A stretch of DNA of 64,000 bases from an uncultured Gaiellaceae bacterium (GCA_963744505.1 CAVUTL010000001.1:18664-82663); one strand, 5' to 3'; counted from the first letter of the stretch, positions 35,673 through 46,383 are shown. Notes: generated by a model not told the origin, from the letters alone. Numbers and translations are program-made.

Positions 35673-38330
35673 TCACGCTGTGGCTGCGAGGGCGTGCTGG
35701 TGCTGCGGGAGGCGCCTCGACACGACCTGCGAGACGCCGTCGGGGCCCATCGTCACGCCGTAGAGGATATCCGCGGCCTCCATCGTCCTCTTCTGGTGCG
35801 TGACGACGACGAACTGCGCGCGATCGGAGTAACGGCGGAGGAGCTCGACGAAGCGGGCGATGTTCGTGTCGTCGAGGGCAGCTTCGACCTCGTCGAGCAG
35901 ATAGAAGGCGCACGGCCGGGCGAGGAACAGCGCGAAGAGGAACGAGATCGCGCCGAGCGCCTTCTCGCCGCCCGACAGGAGCGACAGCCGCGTGATCCGC
36001 TTGCCCGCGGGTCGGAGCTCCACCTCGACGCCCGGCTCACCCCCTTCGTCGTCCGCCTCGACGAGTCTGAGGCGGCCCTCACCGCCGGGGAAGAGCGTGG
36101 AGGCGACCTCTTCGAAGTGCTCGGCAACCGCCGTCGAAGGTCGCGGCGAAGCGCCGCTCGACCGTCGCCGTGAGCTCCGCGCGGAGCGCGTCGAGCTCTT
36201 CGAGGCTCCGCTCGAGATCCTCGCGCTGCGTCTTCAGGTCGTCGAGACGCTCCTTCTCGGCCTCGTACTCCTCACGTGCCAGCGGATTGACCTGACCGAG
36301 CGTCGCGCGGCGCACCTCGAGCCGGTCGACGCGGGTCGACGAGCTCGTCGCGGTCCTCGCCCTCGGCCGGCTCGACCTCGCCCGCCGACTCGAGCCGCCG
36401 GCTCGCCTCCGCGACATCCGCGTCGATGTGCGCGATCTCGACCTCTGCGGCCGTGACCGCCGCGCTGGCCTCCTCGAGCTCGCGTCGGAGGTTCACCTCG
36501 GTCGCGCCGAGAGTGCGTAGCTCCTCGCCGAGCTCGCCCGCTCTCGTCGAGCCGGCGTCGACGCGCGCGCGGAGCGGTGCCTCGAAGCGGCCGGCCGCGT
36601 GTTGCGCCGCCTCGATCCCGTCGCGCAGCGCGGACGCGAGGTCGACGAGTCGCGTCGAGCATCGCCGCGTCGATCGACGTGGCGCGCAAGCCGGGGCGCC
36701 TTCCCGAACGCCGCCTCCGCGACACGCGCCTGCTCTGCCGCAACTTCCGCGGCCCGACTTGCGGTAGCGACCTCGTCCTCGAGAGTCGGCGGCTTCGGCG
36801 GCGAGCGCCGTGCGCCGTCCCTGGAGCTCGAGCAGAACCGCCTCCGCGGTCTCGCCGACGAACCAGAGCTCGCCGCGAGCCGGGTCGTAGCCGAAGCCCT
36901 CGGGCGTGACGGAGGGCGCCGTGACGTCGAGCAGCGCGTCGAGCGGGACGACCGGGTACTCGCCGACGAGATCCTGCGGAGAGCGTCCGGCGAGCACCGT
37001 GAGGCTTCCGAGCCCTGCCGAGCGAGCGCGCTGGAGAAGCGCAAGCCCGACCGCAGGATCGTCGGCGATGACCGCGGCCGCGCGCGTGCGAAGTGCGGCC
37101 GCGACGGCTCGCTCGGCGCCCGGCTCGACATCGAGCGCGGCGAGCGCGAGACGCGCGCCGTCCTCTGCGAGGGCACGCGCCGCGGGAGGCAGGCCCTCCT
37201 GCTCGGCGAGAGCCTGGTCGAGGGCACGCACGCGCTCGCGGACGAGCGACGCGCGCTCGGCCAGAGCGGTGCGCTCCCGTTCCGTGCGCCGTGCGGCCTC
37301 CGCGGCGCGCACGGCGTCGAGCTCGAGACGAGCAAGCTCGCTCTGGCCATCGGCAGCTTCCGGTTCCGCAGGCGTTTCCGCCCGGAACCGCTCCAGCAGC
37401 TGCAGAGGCCGACTCGGATCTCAGCTCGAGCCGCTCGATCCCGCCCTGCAACCGATAGCGGGCGGCAACCGCCGCCTCACGCCGCCCGGCGGCGTCGGAG
37501 AGCTCCTCCTCGGCTCGGGCGCGATCGGCGAGCAGCCCCTCGAGTCTTCCCTGCGCCCCTCGCTTCGCGAACGCTGCGGTGTCGCGGCGCTCCTCGGCCT
37601 CCGCCCGGCGTGAGCCCGAGTCGGCGAGATCGAGCTGAGCGATCCGCGCCCGCAGGCCGGCGACCTCGACCGCGAGCTTCTCCGCGCGCTCGGCCGCCGT
37701 CGCCTGCAGCGCGAGCGGCCGCAAACGCTTCCGCACTTCGTCTTCGACGTCACGAGCCCGCTCGACCTGGAGCGCGACGCGCGCGAGCTTCATCTCGGCG
37801 CGATGACGACGGCGCTTGAACTTCCCGAGGCCTGCGGCCTCCTCGACGAACGCGCGCCGATCCTCCGCCTTGGACGCGAGAATCTGCTCGACCTTCCCCT
37901 GCCCCACGATCGAGTGCATCGCCGCCCCGAGGCCGACGTCGGCGAGGATCTCGACGAGATCCGTGCGCCGCACGGCTGCGCGGTTGACGAGGTACTGGCC
38001 TTCGGCCCCACGGACGAGCCGTCGCGCGATCGAGACCTCGGAGAAGTCGAGGTCGGGCCAGGCGCCGTCCTCGTTGTCGAAGACGAGCTCGACCTCGCAG
38101 TGCTCCGCCGCCTTGCGATCGCCCCCGCCCGCGAAGAGGACGTCGTCGGGCTTCTCGGCTCGCAGCTCGGACGGCGCCAGCGAGCCGGCCGCCCAGACGA
38201 TCGCGTCGGCGATGTTGGACTTCCCGGAGCCGTTCGGCCCGACGATGACGGCGACGCCCGGCTCGAGCGAGATCTCGAGCGAGTCCGGAAACGACTTGAA
38301 ACCGCGGATGCGGAGCGAGCGCAGGTGCAC
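35673..38330 (-). CDS. smc: Chromosome partition protein Smc, split over at least 5-6 frame breaks as assembled
   Basis: N-terminus VHLRSLRIRGFKSFPD...GPNGSGKSN (ORF 36234..38399). The coiled coil and hinge are pieces in ORFs 36272..37312, 36493..37350 and 36079..36417. The C-terminus is LSGGEKALGAISFLFALF...YLLDEVEAALD...VVTHQKRTM (35673..36023). Confidence 0.85.
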
Positions 38331-38433
38331 CGAGGCCGGATTCTCGCGGCTGCTCCGGACAGCGAAACGCGCCGAGCCGAAAGCGTCGAGCTGACGCACA
38401 GTTGTTACACATAGGTGCTACATTCGTGCCACG

Positions 38434-38718
38434 ATGGAGCACGTCAGCGTCCGTGACCTGCGCCAGCACCTGAGCCGATACTTGCGCCGAGTGGAGGAGG
38501 GAGAGCGCCTCGTCGTGACCGAGCGGCGCCGGCCTGTGGCCATGCTCGGCCCCCTACCCGAAGAGCGACGACGTCCTCGAGCTGATCTCACGCGACGGGG
38601 AGGCGGAACACGGCCCGGTCGGTGACCTCCTCGAGCTGGCCGACCCGCGGCCGGCACCCGTCGGACGGCCCCGTCGTCGGCGGAGATCCTCGAGGAGCTC
38701 CGTGCGGACCGGTTCTGA
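38434..38718 (+). CDS. Phd/YefM-type (VapB-like) antitoxin, with a frame break near 38565
   Basis: MEHVSVRDLRQHLSRYLRRVEEGERLVVTERRRPVAMLGPLPEE, then in the next frame DDVLELISR...LLELADPRP...ILEELRADRF-stop at 38716. Confidence 0.7.
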
Positions 38719-39100
38719 CGTCGCGTACCTCGACGCGTCGGCGCTCTGAAGCTCGTGGTAACCGAAGCCGGGACGAAGCACTGAAGAGGCAATCGAAGAT
38801 GGCCACGGCGAGCAACGAGCAAGTCGCGCGTCGAGGTGCTGCGGGCTCATCCAAGCGTGCGCAGAGGCGACTACGTCGAGCCTCGGCGCGACGGCTTGCT
38901 GGTGGAGTCACGCTCCTCGTTGTCGCTGATCGCGTGCTGGCCGCCGCACGCAGCTCCAGCCGCAGGCGCTTCGTGCGCTCGATGCGATCCACGTGGCGAG
39001 CGCCTCCGCCTCGGCGGCTCCTCGCGCCTTCGTCAGCTATGACGACGACAGCTCGAGGCTGCCGAAGCGCTCGGCCTGCCCGGTCGCGTCGCCCCGCTGA
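38715..39100 (+). pseudogene. Degraded PIN-domain VapC toxin
   Basis: PIN signatures are scattered over three frames with in-frame stops: DVAYLDASAL-stop, LKLVVTEAGT, SRVEVLRA, LRALDAIHVASA, FVSYDD, RQLEAAEALGLP. At least 5 breaks fall in about 390 nt. Confidence 0.7.
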
Positions 39101-39102
39101 GC

Positions 39103-39729
39103 TCAGATCCGGTCGGGCACGACGCCGAGCGCCTCGAGCGCCTGGCGCGCGGCCTCCTGCTCGGCGGCCTTCTTCGTCGAGCCCTTGCCGACGCCGAGCT
39201 GCTCTCCCGCAACGTGTGCCGCGCAGACGAACTGGCGGTCGTGCGGCGGGCCCTCGACCTCGAGCACCGTGTAGTGGACGTGCTTGCCCGAGCGGGCGAG
39301 CGCTTCCTGAAGCTCGGTCTTGTAGTCGACATGGCTCGAGCGCGCGTACTCGATGCGCTCCGAGAACGCGTCGACGATCGCCGGCTCGATGGCCTCGAAC
39401 CCGTGCTCGAGGTAGACGGCGGCGATCGCCGCCTCGAGGATCGCAGCGAGCACGTTCCGGCTGCGAGAGATGCGCTGGAGCTCGTCGGCCGGGGCATCGC
39501 CCGCGTACTCGAGCAGACGATCGCCGAGACCGAGCTCCTTCGCCACCGCCGCGCAGCTCTGCCGTGAAACGACATGCGCGCGAACCTTTGCGAGCCGACC
39601 CTCCGAGGCGGCGCTGAAGCGGTCGAAGACCGCGCGAGCGATCGCGAGCTCGAGAACACTGTCGCCGAGGAACTCGAGCCGTTCGTACGAGTCCGAGCGG
39701 TCGTCGACCCACGACGTATGGGTGAACAC
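39103..39729 (-). CDS. rnc: Ribonuclease III
   Basis: FTHTSWV...SYERLEFLGDSVLELAI (the signature motif) plus a C-terminal dsRBD. The frame stays open upstream (ELGRLIAELPADKLEQ) without a canonical start, so the true N-terminus may be longer. Confidence 0.9.
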   Translation of the reverse strand: MFTHTSWVDDRSDSYERLEFLGDSVLELAIARAVFDRFSAASEGRLAKVRAHVVSRQSCAAVAKELGLGDRLLEYAGDAPADELQRISRSRNVLAAILEAAIAAVYLEHGFEAIEPAIVDAFSERIEYARSSHVDYKTELQEALARSGKHVHYTVLEVEGPPHDRQFVCAAHVAGEQLGVGKGSTKKAAEQEAARQALEALGVVPDRI

Positions 39730-39802
39730 CTGCTCGAGCTTGTCGGCGGGCAGCTCGGCGATCAGCCGGCCTAGCTCGTACGGCCCGGCGGTTGGGTCGA
39801 GC

Positions 39803-40051
39803 TCAGCCCTGATGCGCGATGACGTAGTCGATCGCCTTGCCGACGGTTGTGAGCTCGCGGGCGTCCTCGTCCGGGATCTTCAGCCCGAACTGGTCCTCGA
39901 GGTCCATGACGACCTCCACGAGATCGAGCGAGTCGGCTCCGAGGTCCTCTTCGAACGACGCCTCTTCCGTGATCTCGCTCTCGTCGATGCCGAGCTTCTC
40001 GCTCAGTGCGCCTTTGACCTGCTCGAGGATCTCCTCACGCGATGTCGCCAT
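39803..40051 (-). CDS. acpP: Acyl carrier protein
   Basis: 82 aa with LGADSLDLVEVVMDLE (the phosphopantetheine Ser motif). Confidence 0.95.
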   Translation of the reverse strand: MATSREEILEQVKGALSEKLGIDESEITEEASFEEDLGADSLDLVEVVMDLEDQFGLKIPDEDARELTTVGKAIDYVIAHQG

Positions 40052-40061
40052 CCTTGAAACC

Positions 40062-41063
40062 TCACCTCTCTACCGTCGGGGTCGTGGAGCGCGCCGATGC
40101 TAACACGCCGCGCGACAGACGCTCCTGTAGGCGCTCGACCACGCGGTGCTCGACTCCGCGGGCCGCGTGGCGGATGGCATTCGCGATGGCAATGCGAGAG
40201 CTCGAGCCGTGCGCGATCACCACGAGCCCGTTGAGCCCGAGCAGGTAGCCGCCGCCGTAGGTCTCGGGATCGAGGCGCGCGCGAAGCTTCCGCGCGGCCG
40301 GCCGGATCAGGGCGCCGCCGAGCTTCCCGCGCGAGGACGCCTCGAGCTCCTCGCGCAGCGCGTCGAGCAGGCTCTTGACCGTACCCTCGAGCGTCTTGAG
40401 CGCGACGTTGCCCGTGAAGCCGTCCGCAACGACGACATCCGCCTCGCCCTCGAGCAGCGTCCGCCCTTCGGTGTTCCCGGCGAACCGCAGGCCCGCCGTT
40501 CGAAGGAGCTCGTGCGCCTCGAGCGTGAGCTGGCTGCCCTTCTCGGGCTCCTCGCCGATCGAGAGGAGCCGCACCTCGGGATCCGGCACCTCGAGGATCT
40601 CCTCCGCGAAGACCGAGCCCATGTGGGCGAATTGGACGAGGTGCTCTGGCCGCGCGTCGGCGTTCGCACCCGCGTCGATGAGCACGCTGCGCCCACGCTT
40701 CGTGGGGATGACGATCGCGATTCCGGGCCGATGGACGCCGGGGAGCCGGCGGATGTGCAGCAGCGACGCCGCGAGCATTGCGCCCGTGTTCCCGGCCGAG
40801 ACGACCGCGTCCGCATCGCCGTCCGCCACCGCCCGCGCGGCGCGGACGAGAGACGAGTCCGGCTTCGAGCGGACTGCGTCGACCGCGTGATCGTCCATGT
40901 CGATCGACTCCGACGCCTCGATGAGCTGGAGCCCGTGCGTCTCGAGACCCGCGGGACCGACGAGCACCGGCTGGATGTCCGCGGTTGCGGCGTCGACAGC
41001 ACCGAGCACGATCTCGTCGGGTGCATGGTCGCCACCGAGAGCATCCACGGCGACTCGGGTCAT
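40062..41063 (-). CDS. plsX: Phosphate acyltransferase PlsX
   Basis: 333 aa with VAVDALGGDHAP, SAGNTGA and DGFTGNVALK. Confidence 0.95.
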   Translation of the reverse strand: MTRVAVDALGGDHAPDEIVLGAVDAATADIQPVLVGPAGLETHGLQLIEASESIDMDDHAVDAVRSKPDSSLVRAARAVADGDADAVVSAGNTGAMLAASLLHIRRLPGVHRPGIAIVIPTKRGRSVLIDAGANADARPEHLVQFAHMGSVFAEEILEVPDPEVRLLSIGEEPEKGSQLTLEAHELLRTAGLRFAGNTEGRTLLEGEADVVVADGFTGNVALKTLEGTVKSLLDALREELEASSRGKLGGALIRPAARKLRARLDPETYGGGYLLGLNGLVVIAHGSSSRIAIANAIRHAARGVEHRVVERLQERLSRGVLASARSTTPTVER

Positions 41064-41074
41064 CCGTGGAGTAT

Positions 41075-41260
41075 CTACGCGTCGAGGCGGAGCGGCTCGA
41101 CGTCCCGGCCCTTGTACGTCTTGCAGCTCGGGCAGACGCGATGCGGCCGCTTGGGCTGCTTGCAGGTCGGGCAGACCTGGAGGCGCGGGACGGAGATCCC
41201 GTGCTGGGCGCGGCGCTTGTCGCGCCTCGATCTCGATGTCTTTCGCTTCGGGACGGCCAT
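41075..41260 (-). CDS. rpmF: 50S ribosomal protein L32
   Basis: [20 protein letters not shown]...[22 protein letters not shown]. Confidence 0.95.
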   Translation of the reverse strand: MAVPKRKTSRSRRDKRRAQHGISVPRLQVCPTCKQPKRPHRVCPSCKTYKGRDVEPLRLDA

Positions 41261-41273
41261 GAGCGGCTGGTGA

Positions 41274-42860
41274 CTATAGCGGGAGCCGGATCTCCCTCGT
41301 CGGTGCGATCCGCTCGAGGAAGCGCCGATCGTGCGAGACGACGACGAGTGTTCCCTCGTAGTCGACGAGGGCCTTCTCGAGCTGCTCGACCGCCTCGAGG
41401 TCGAGGTGATTCGTCGGCTCGTCGAGGATCAGCAGGTTGACCCCACGCGCCTGCAGCTCAGCGAGATGGGCGCGCGTGCGCTCGCCCGGCGAGAGCGACG
41501 AGCAGGGTCGGCTGATGTGGTCGGGACCGAGGCCGAACTTCGCAAGGAGTGTGCGCGCATCCACCCGGACGATGCCGGTGCGGCTCACGAGCTCGTCGAC
41601 GAGAGCGACCTCACCAGCGTAGGCATCGCGCTCCTGTCCGATGGCACCGATGACCGTCCGCCGGCCGACGCGCCGCTCGCCCTGAGCCAATGGCACCTCG
41701 CCGAGCAGCATCCCGAGGAGCGTGGACTTCCCGGAGCCGTTCCGCCCTGCGATCGACAGTCGCTCTCCAGGAGCGAGGTCGACCACGATCGGTCCAAGAC
41801 TGAAGAAACCGCGCAGCGCGACCGCATCGGCCAGCTCGAGCACGAGCTCCGACAGGCGTGGTCCAGCCTGGAGTGTGAGGTTCAGCTCCCACGGCTGGAA
41901 TGGCTTCTCGGGGAGCTCGTTGCGCTCGAGGAGACGTTCAGCCTGGCGTACCTTCGTCTCGAGCGCATGGGTCGCCCGTCGATCCTGCCCACCCGTCTTG
42001 TCTCCGAGATAGGCGCCCTTCGTGCGGGCCTCGGACCGCCGCGTGCTCAGGAGCTCGGTGAGCCGCCGACGCCGGAGCTGCGCTTGCGCGAACTCCGCGA
42101 GCGCGGCCGCACGTTCCGTGTCGCGTGCCACCTCGTAGTCGCTCCAGCCGCCCGCCCACTCTCGCACCCGGTGCGTGTCGGGCTCGATCGACGCGATGCT
42201 GCGCACGGTTCGATCGAGGAAGTCGCGATCGTGCGAGACGACGACGAGCGCGCCGCGGTAGGCCCCGAGAAACCGCTCGAGCCGCTCGAGCCCCTCGAAG
42301 TCGAGGTCGTTCGTCGGCTCGTCGAGGAGCAGGAGGTCGAAGCGCGACAGGAGGATGGCCGCGAGATCGACGCGCGCCGCCTCGCCGCCGGAGAGACCGT
42401 CGACTGCTCGGTCGAGGTCGACGCCAAGACCCAGCTCCGCACACGTGGCTCGCGCGCGCACATCGAAGTCACCTCCCCCGAGCGCGACGAGGCGGTCGAG
42501 CGCCGCTGCAAATCGCTCGTCTGCCGATTCCCCGCGAGCGAGCGCCCGAGCGGCTCCCTCGAGCTCGCGCTCGGCGGCGGAGACGCCGGTGCGGCGAGTG
42601 AGTGTCCCGAGCACCGACGCGCCAGGCTCCGCCGAGCGCTGCTGCTCGAGGTACCCGATCGTCAGCCGCTCGGGTGCGCGCGTCACCGACCCGTCGTCCG
42701 GCTGCTCGAGCCCGGCGGCGATCCGGAGCATCGTGGTCTTGCCCACGCCGTTCGGCCCGACCAGACCGATACGCGCCAGCGGGCCGATCGTCAGCGTGAC
42801 CTGATCGAGAATGACGTGGGCGCCGTAGTGCTTGCCGACGCCGGCGAGCTGAACTCGCAT
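41274..42860 (-). CDS. ABC-F family ATPase (two ABC domains, no TM domain)
   Basis: ATG 42860 with SD GGAGG. It has two Walker A sites ([18 protein letters not shown]), two LSGGE signatures, and a basic interdomain linker. Confidence 0.9.
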   Translation of the reverse strand: MRVQLAGVGKHYGAHVILDQVTLTIGPLARIGLVGPNGVGKTTMLRIAAGLEQPDDGSVTRAPERLTIGYLEQQRSAEPGASVLGTLTRRTGVSAAERELEGAARALARGESADERFAAALDRLVALGGGDFDVRARATCAELGLGVDLDRAVDGLSGGEAARVDLAAILLSRFDLLLLDEPTNDLDFEGLERLERFLGAYRGALVVVSHDRDFLDRTVRSIASIEPDTHRVREWAGGWSDYEVARDTERAAALAEFAQAQLRRRRLTELLSTRRSEARTKGAYLGDKTGGQDRRATHALETKVRQAERLLERNELPEKPFQPWELNLTLQAGPRLSELVLELADAVALRGFFSLGPIVVDLAPGERLSIAGRNGSGKSTLLGMLLGEVPLAQGERRVGRRTVIGAIGQERDAYAGEVALVDELVSRTGIVRVDARTLLAKFGLGPDHISRPCSSLSPGERTRAHLAELQARGVNLLILDEPTNHLDLEAVEQLEKALVDYEGTLVVVSHDRRFLERIAPTREIRLPL

Positions 42861-43074
42861 CGACGGACCTCCGAGACCGTGGTGATAGTGCGCAACCAGC
42901 GTGCGCACGGGTACGGGAATGGGGCGCGTCAGTCCGTCATAGGTCGGCGCCGAGGCGCCGCCGGCCATCGTAGACGACGTGGTTAGGGCGATGTAAGGCC
43001 GTGTAAGAGGTCCGCAAGGGTTCGCGACTCTCAGCCGGTCGAGCGGTCATAACCATGACGACCAAGGAGGAGCA

Positions 43075-44163
43075 ATGTCCTTTGGAAGAGCAGTCGTAGC
43101 CGCCGTGGCAGCTTCCATCGTCGTGCTGCCGTCCGGCGAGGGTATAGCGGCGCCTGCCGCTCCGCCGACGAACACCGGTGAGCCGTCGATCAGCGGACGC
43201 GCCGCGCAGGGCGTGAGGCTGACGGCGTCGCCGGGTACATGGAACGGAACAGCGCCGATCTCGTTCACGTATCAGTGGGTGCGCTGCGGCGTCGACGGCG
43301 GGCAACCCGACGGCGGCAACTGCGCGATCATCTCCGGGGCAACCGACCGTAGGTACCGGCTGACGAACGCTGACGTCGGGTCGAGGATGAGGGTCCGTGT
43401 GACGGCGACGAACGCCGAGGGCTCTCGAATCGTGGCCTCCAACGCCACGAACGTCGTCACCGGAGCGCCGGTGAACACAGCGGGGCCGTCCGTTCGCGGA
43501 AGTCTGGTGGTCGGCTCCGTCGTGACCGCCGATCCGGGCTCCTGGACTGGCACGCAGCCGATCACGTTCTCGTACCGGTGGCTTCGCTGCAACTCCCAGG
43601 GCGGCGCATGCGTCGCCATCGGCGGTGCCACGCGATCGACGTACCGGCTCGTCTCCGCGGACGCGGGTCACAAGATCCGCTTCAACGTCACGGCGCGGAA
43701 CTCGACAGGGTCGACGACCGTCCTCTCGGGCGAGTCGCCGATCGTCACCGAGCCGCTTCCGTCGGGCGCGATCCGACTCCCGAGCGGCGAGATCTCGATT
43801 CCCGCGTCGAGCGTCCCGTCGACTGCGCGATTGATCGTGTCGCAGGTCGCCTTCTCACCGAATCCCGTGAGGAGCCGGAGTGAGGTGATCACCGTCCGCG
43901 TCAGAACCAAGGACACGCGAGGCTTCGTCATCCGTGACGCACTCGTGTTCATCCGTTCGACACCTCGCGTGACGACCGGCGGCGATCGCCAGGTGACGAC
44001 GACGGACGGCTGGGTGACGTACCAGCTCGCGCCGAACGAGAACTTTCCGAAGCCGCGGAACGGCTACAACGTGCAGTTCTTCGTGAAGGCGTACCGCTCC
44101 GGCGATCCGGGCCTTGCAGGGATCGCGGGCTACCGGCTCGTCCAGGTTCGCCTGGCAGGGTGA
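43075..44163 (+). CDS. Secreted protein with two tandem Ig-like repeats of about 85 aa plus a C-terminal beta-rich domain
   Basis: Signal peptide MSFGRAVVAAVAASIVVLPSGEGIAAPA. The repeats are P.I.G..V.G..LTASPGTWNGTAPISFTYQWVRC...C..I.GAT...Y.L...D.G and ...PGSWTGTQPITFSYRWLRC.... Strong SD AAGGAGGAG. Confidence 0.8.
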   Translation: MSFGRAVVAAVAASIVVLPSGEGIAAPAAPPTNTGEPSISGRAAQGVRLTASPGTWNGTAPISFTYQWVRCGVDGGQPDGGNCAIISGATDRRYRLTNADVGSRMRVRVTATNAEGSRIVASNATNVVTGAPVNTAGPSVRGSLVVGSVVTADPGSWTGTQPITFSYRWLRCNSQGGACVAIGGATRSTYRLVSADAGHKIRFNVTARNSTGSTTVLSGESPIVTEPLPSGAIRLPSGEISIPASSVPSTARLIVSQVAFSPNPVRSRSEVITVRVRTKDTRGFVIRDALVFIRSTPRVTTGGDRQVTTTDGWVTYQLAPNENFPKPRNGYNVQFFVKAYRSGDPGLAGIAGYRLVQVRLAG

Positions 44164-44171
44164 GCTTCCGA

Positions 44172-44196
44172 GGGGCCGGGTATGCCGCCCGGCCCC
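44172..44196. terminator. Hairpin between convergent genes
   Basis: GGGGCCGGG-TATGCCG-CCCGGCCCC. The right arm runs into the yceD stop codon. Confidence 0.55.
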
Positions 44197-44705
44197 TACA
44201 GCTCGTCGCGGAGCTCGGCGAGCGCCGCCCAGCGAGGATCCGGCTCGCGCTCGGTGTGTTCGTGAGGTTCGACGTTGAGGTCCTTGCCGCAGACGGGGCA
44301 GAGCCCGGCACAGTCCTCGCGGCAGAGGATCTGCTCGGGAAGTTCGAGCGCGAACGCGTCGCGCGCCCACGCGCCGAGCTGTAGATGGTCGTTCACGACG
44401 TAATCGGAATGCAGCTCGTCGGAGGCGGGCGCGTCGAAGTCGTGGAACTCGCGCGCCCGCACCGCCCGCTCGATCTCGGCGAATCCGAGGCACCGCATAC
44501 ACGCGCCGGTAAGGCTCGCTTGCAGCCGCATATCGAACACCGTGGCTCCCGAAGCCTGCGAGATCTCGAGCTCGACCGGGACCGTCGACGGTGTCGCTTC
44601 GTAGCGCTGCCCGCCGAGTGCGAACGGCTCGAGCTCGACGTCGAACGTCTCCTTCCGAATCTCGCCCGGACGAAGACGGAGAGTCCTGAGATCGACGGCA
44701 ACCAT
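44196..44705 (-). CDS. yceD: DUF177/YceD family protein (the usual upstream partner of rpmF)
   Basis: 169 aa with C..C...C..C (ACMRCLG ... CAGLCPVCGKDLN). Confidence 0.8.
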   Translation of the reverse strand: MVAVDLRTLRLRPGEIRKETFDVELEPFALGGQRYEATPSTVPVELEISQASGATVFDMRLQASLTGACMRCLGFAEIERAVRAREFHDFDAPASDELHSDYVVNDHLQLGAWARDAFALELPEQILCREDCAGLCPVCGKDLNVEPHEHTEREPDPRWAALAELRDEL

Positions 44706-44876
44706 CGGACGAGCGTAGTAGACACCGGCATGCGACCGCGAAGCGGGCGCTCTCAGGGATCCGGCGCGACCGACATGCGCGCGAGCGAATGTCGGTCTTG
44801 CGCAGACGAGAGCGTAGCGCCGTCCGGCGGCGCAAGAGGTCGATTAGCTCTCCTGCTTGCCTGCTACATTACGATC

Positions 44877-45815
44877 ATGGAAGCTGATCGGTGGCTCGGA
44901 CTCGACCTCCGGCATCTCATCGCGCTCAAGGCAATCGCCGACGAGGGGTCGTTCGGGAAGGCAGCAGAGAAGCTCGGCTACACGCAGTCCGCGATCTCGC
45001 AGCAGATCGCGACACTCGAGCGGATCGTCGGTCTTCGACTCATCGAGCGGCCTGGCGGCCCCCGCCCCATCTCGCTGACCGAGGCAGGACAGATCCTGCT
45101 GCGGCACGCCGAGGCCATTCAGGCACGTCTGCTCGCGGCGAAAGCAGACATGAGCGCGCTCGAGGCAGGCGACGTCGGCCGCTTGCGGGTCGGGACATTC
45201 CAGAGCGTCGGCGCGAAGGTCATCCCGCGTCTCCTGCGGAGCTTCTCCGAGAGCCACGCACAGGTGGAGGTCGTGCTGCGCGAATCGCAGGACGAGGGCG
45301 ACCTCCTCGAGATGGTCGAGCGCGGCGACCTCGATCTCACATTCTGGACAATGCCGGTCCTCGGGGGCCCGTACGAGACGGTCGAGCTCCTCCGCGACCC
45401 ATACGTCCTCGTCGTACCCGTGGGGTCACCACTCACGACGTTGAAGCGGACGCCGACCCTGAAGGAGATCGCCCTCCAGCCGCTCATCGGCTTCAACCAA
45501 TGCAGCGCGATGTCACACGTCGACCTTCATTTCACTGCTGCAGGACGGTCTCCGAACTACGTGTTCCGCTCCGACAACAACGGCACCGTGCAAGGGCTCG
45601 TCGGCGCAGGCGTGGGTATCAGCGTCTCGCCGCGACTCACCGTCGACGAGGACGACCCGAGCGTCGACGTCATCGACCTCCACGGACGCATCGAGCCGCG
45701 CGTCATCGGGCTCGTCTGGCACAAGGATCGCCATCGCAGCCCTGCCGCCGAAGCGTTCGTCGACTCCGCGATGGCAGTCTGCCGGGAGCTCTCGGTCGAA
45801 CCTGTCGCCGCGTAG
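44877..45815 (+). CDS. LysR-family transcriptional regulator
   Basis: MEADRWLGLDLRHLIALKAIADEGSFGKAAEKLGYTQSAISQQIATLE (wHTH) plus a substrate-binding domain. ATG 44877 lies inside ORF 44385..45815. TACATT lies 6 nt upstream. Confidence 0.9.
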   Translation: MEADRWLGLDLRHLIALKAIADEGSFGKAAEKLGYTQSAISQQIATLERIVGLRLIERPGGPRPISLTEAGQILLRHAEAIQARLLAAKADMSALEAGDVGRLRVGTFQSVGAKVIPRLLRSFSESHAQVEVVLRESQDEGDLLEMVERGDLDLTFWTMPVLGGPYETVELLRDPYVLVVPVGSPLTTLKRTPTLKEIALQPLIGFNQCSAMSHVDLHFTAAGRSPNYVFRSDNNGTVQGLVGAGVGISVSPRLTVDEDDPSVDVIDLHGRIEPRVIGLVWHKDRHRSPAAEAFVDSAMAVCRELSVEPVAA

Positions 45816-45829
45816 CGGCGACACACTGT

Positions 45830-46345
45830 CTACGAGAACCGCTCGAACTCTTGCGGCTCGTCGAGCGGCTCGGGGCCGACTCCGGCGACGACCGTCTCCT
45901 GCGAGCGCTCGTGAAGCCGCTCGCGGCCGCGCTTCACCGCGTTGAGGAACTTGTCGAGGTTCAGCTCGAGCGTCGAGAGGATCGAGTCGGCCCAGTCCTC
46001 CATCTCGAGCCGCGTCTCACGCGCCTGCCGCTTCGCATCGTCGACGATGTCGTCGGCCTGCTTCTCGGCGAGCTTGACGATCTCGGTCTGCGAAGCCTCG
46101 CGCATCGCCTGCTCGCGGGCGTCCTGGATGATCCGGTCGCACTCCCGCTTCGCTTCCGCGAGCATCTCCTGACGCTCCTTGACGATCCAGCGGGCCTGCT
46201 TGATCTCTTCCGGGATGGTGGCCCGCATCTGGTCGAGGATCTCGTAGATCTCCTCGCGGTCGAGGCGAACCTGGTCGGTCAGCGGCACCGCCTTCGCGTT
46301 GTGCACGAGGTCGTCCAGCCTGTCGATGAGCACGAGTACATCCAT
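45830..46345 (-). CDS. Conserved coiled-coil protein (often annotated as ATPase/ATP-synthase-b-like); function unknown
   Basis: 171 aa: MDVLVLIDRLDDLVHNAKAVPLTDQVRLDREEIYEILDQMRATIPEEIKQARWIVKERQ... Confidence 0.7.
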   Translation of the reverse strand: MDVLVLIDRLDDLVHNAKAVPLTDQVRLDREEIYEILDQMRATIPEEIKQARWIVKERQEMLAEAKRECDRIIQDAREQAMREASQTEIVKLAEKQADDIVDDAKRQARETRLEMEDWADSILSTLELNLDKFLNAVKRGRERLHERSQETVVAGVGPEPLDEPQEFERFS

Positions 46346-46356
46346 GGGCGCGCAGT

Positions 46357-46383
46357 CTACTCCTGGGGTGAGACGGGGGCGCG
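46357..46383 (-). repeat. Relic second copy of the coaD 3' end (APVSPQE-stop), directly upstream of the coiled-coil gene
   Basis: CTACTCCTGGGGTGAGACGGGGGCGCG compared with CTACTCCTGGGGTGAAACCGGGGCGCC at 46498..46524. There are 3 mismatches; 2 are synonymous third positions and 1 is at the repeat border. Confidence 0.75.

Noticed and set aside
39730-39802. The acpP-rnc spacer as a possible regulatory RNA.
   Set aside because: The rnc reading frame stays open across it and encodes a plausible RNase III N-terminal helix (ELGRLIAELPADKLEQ). It is more likely coding sequence with an unidentified or indel-masked start than an ncRNA.
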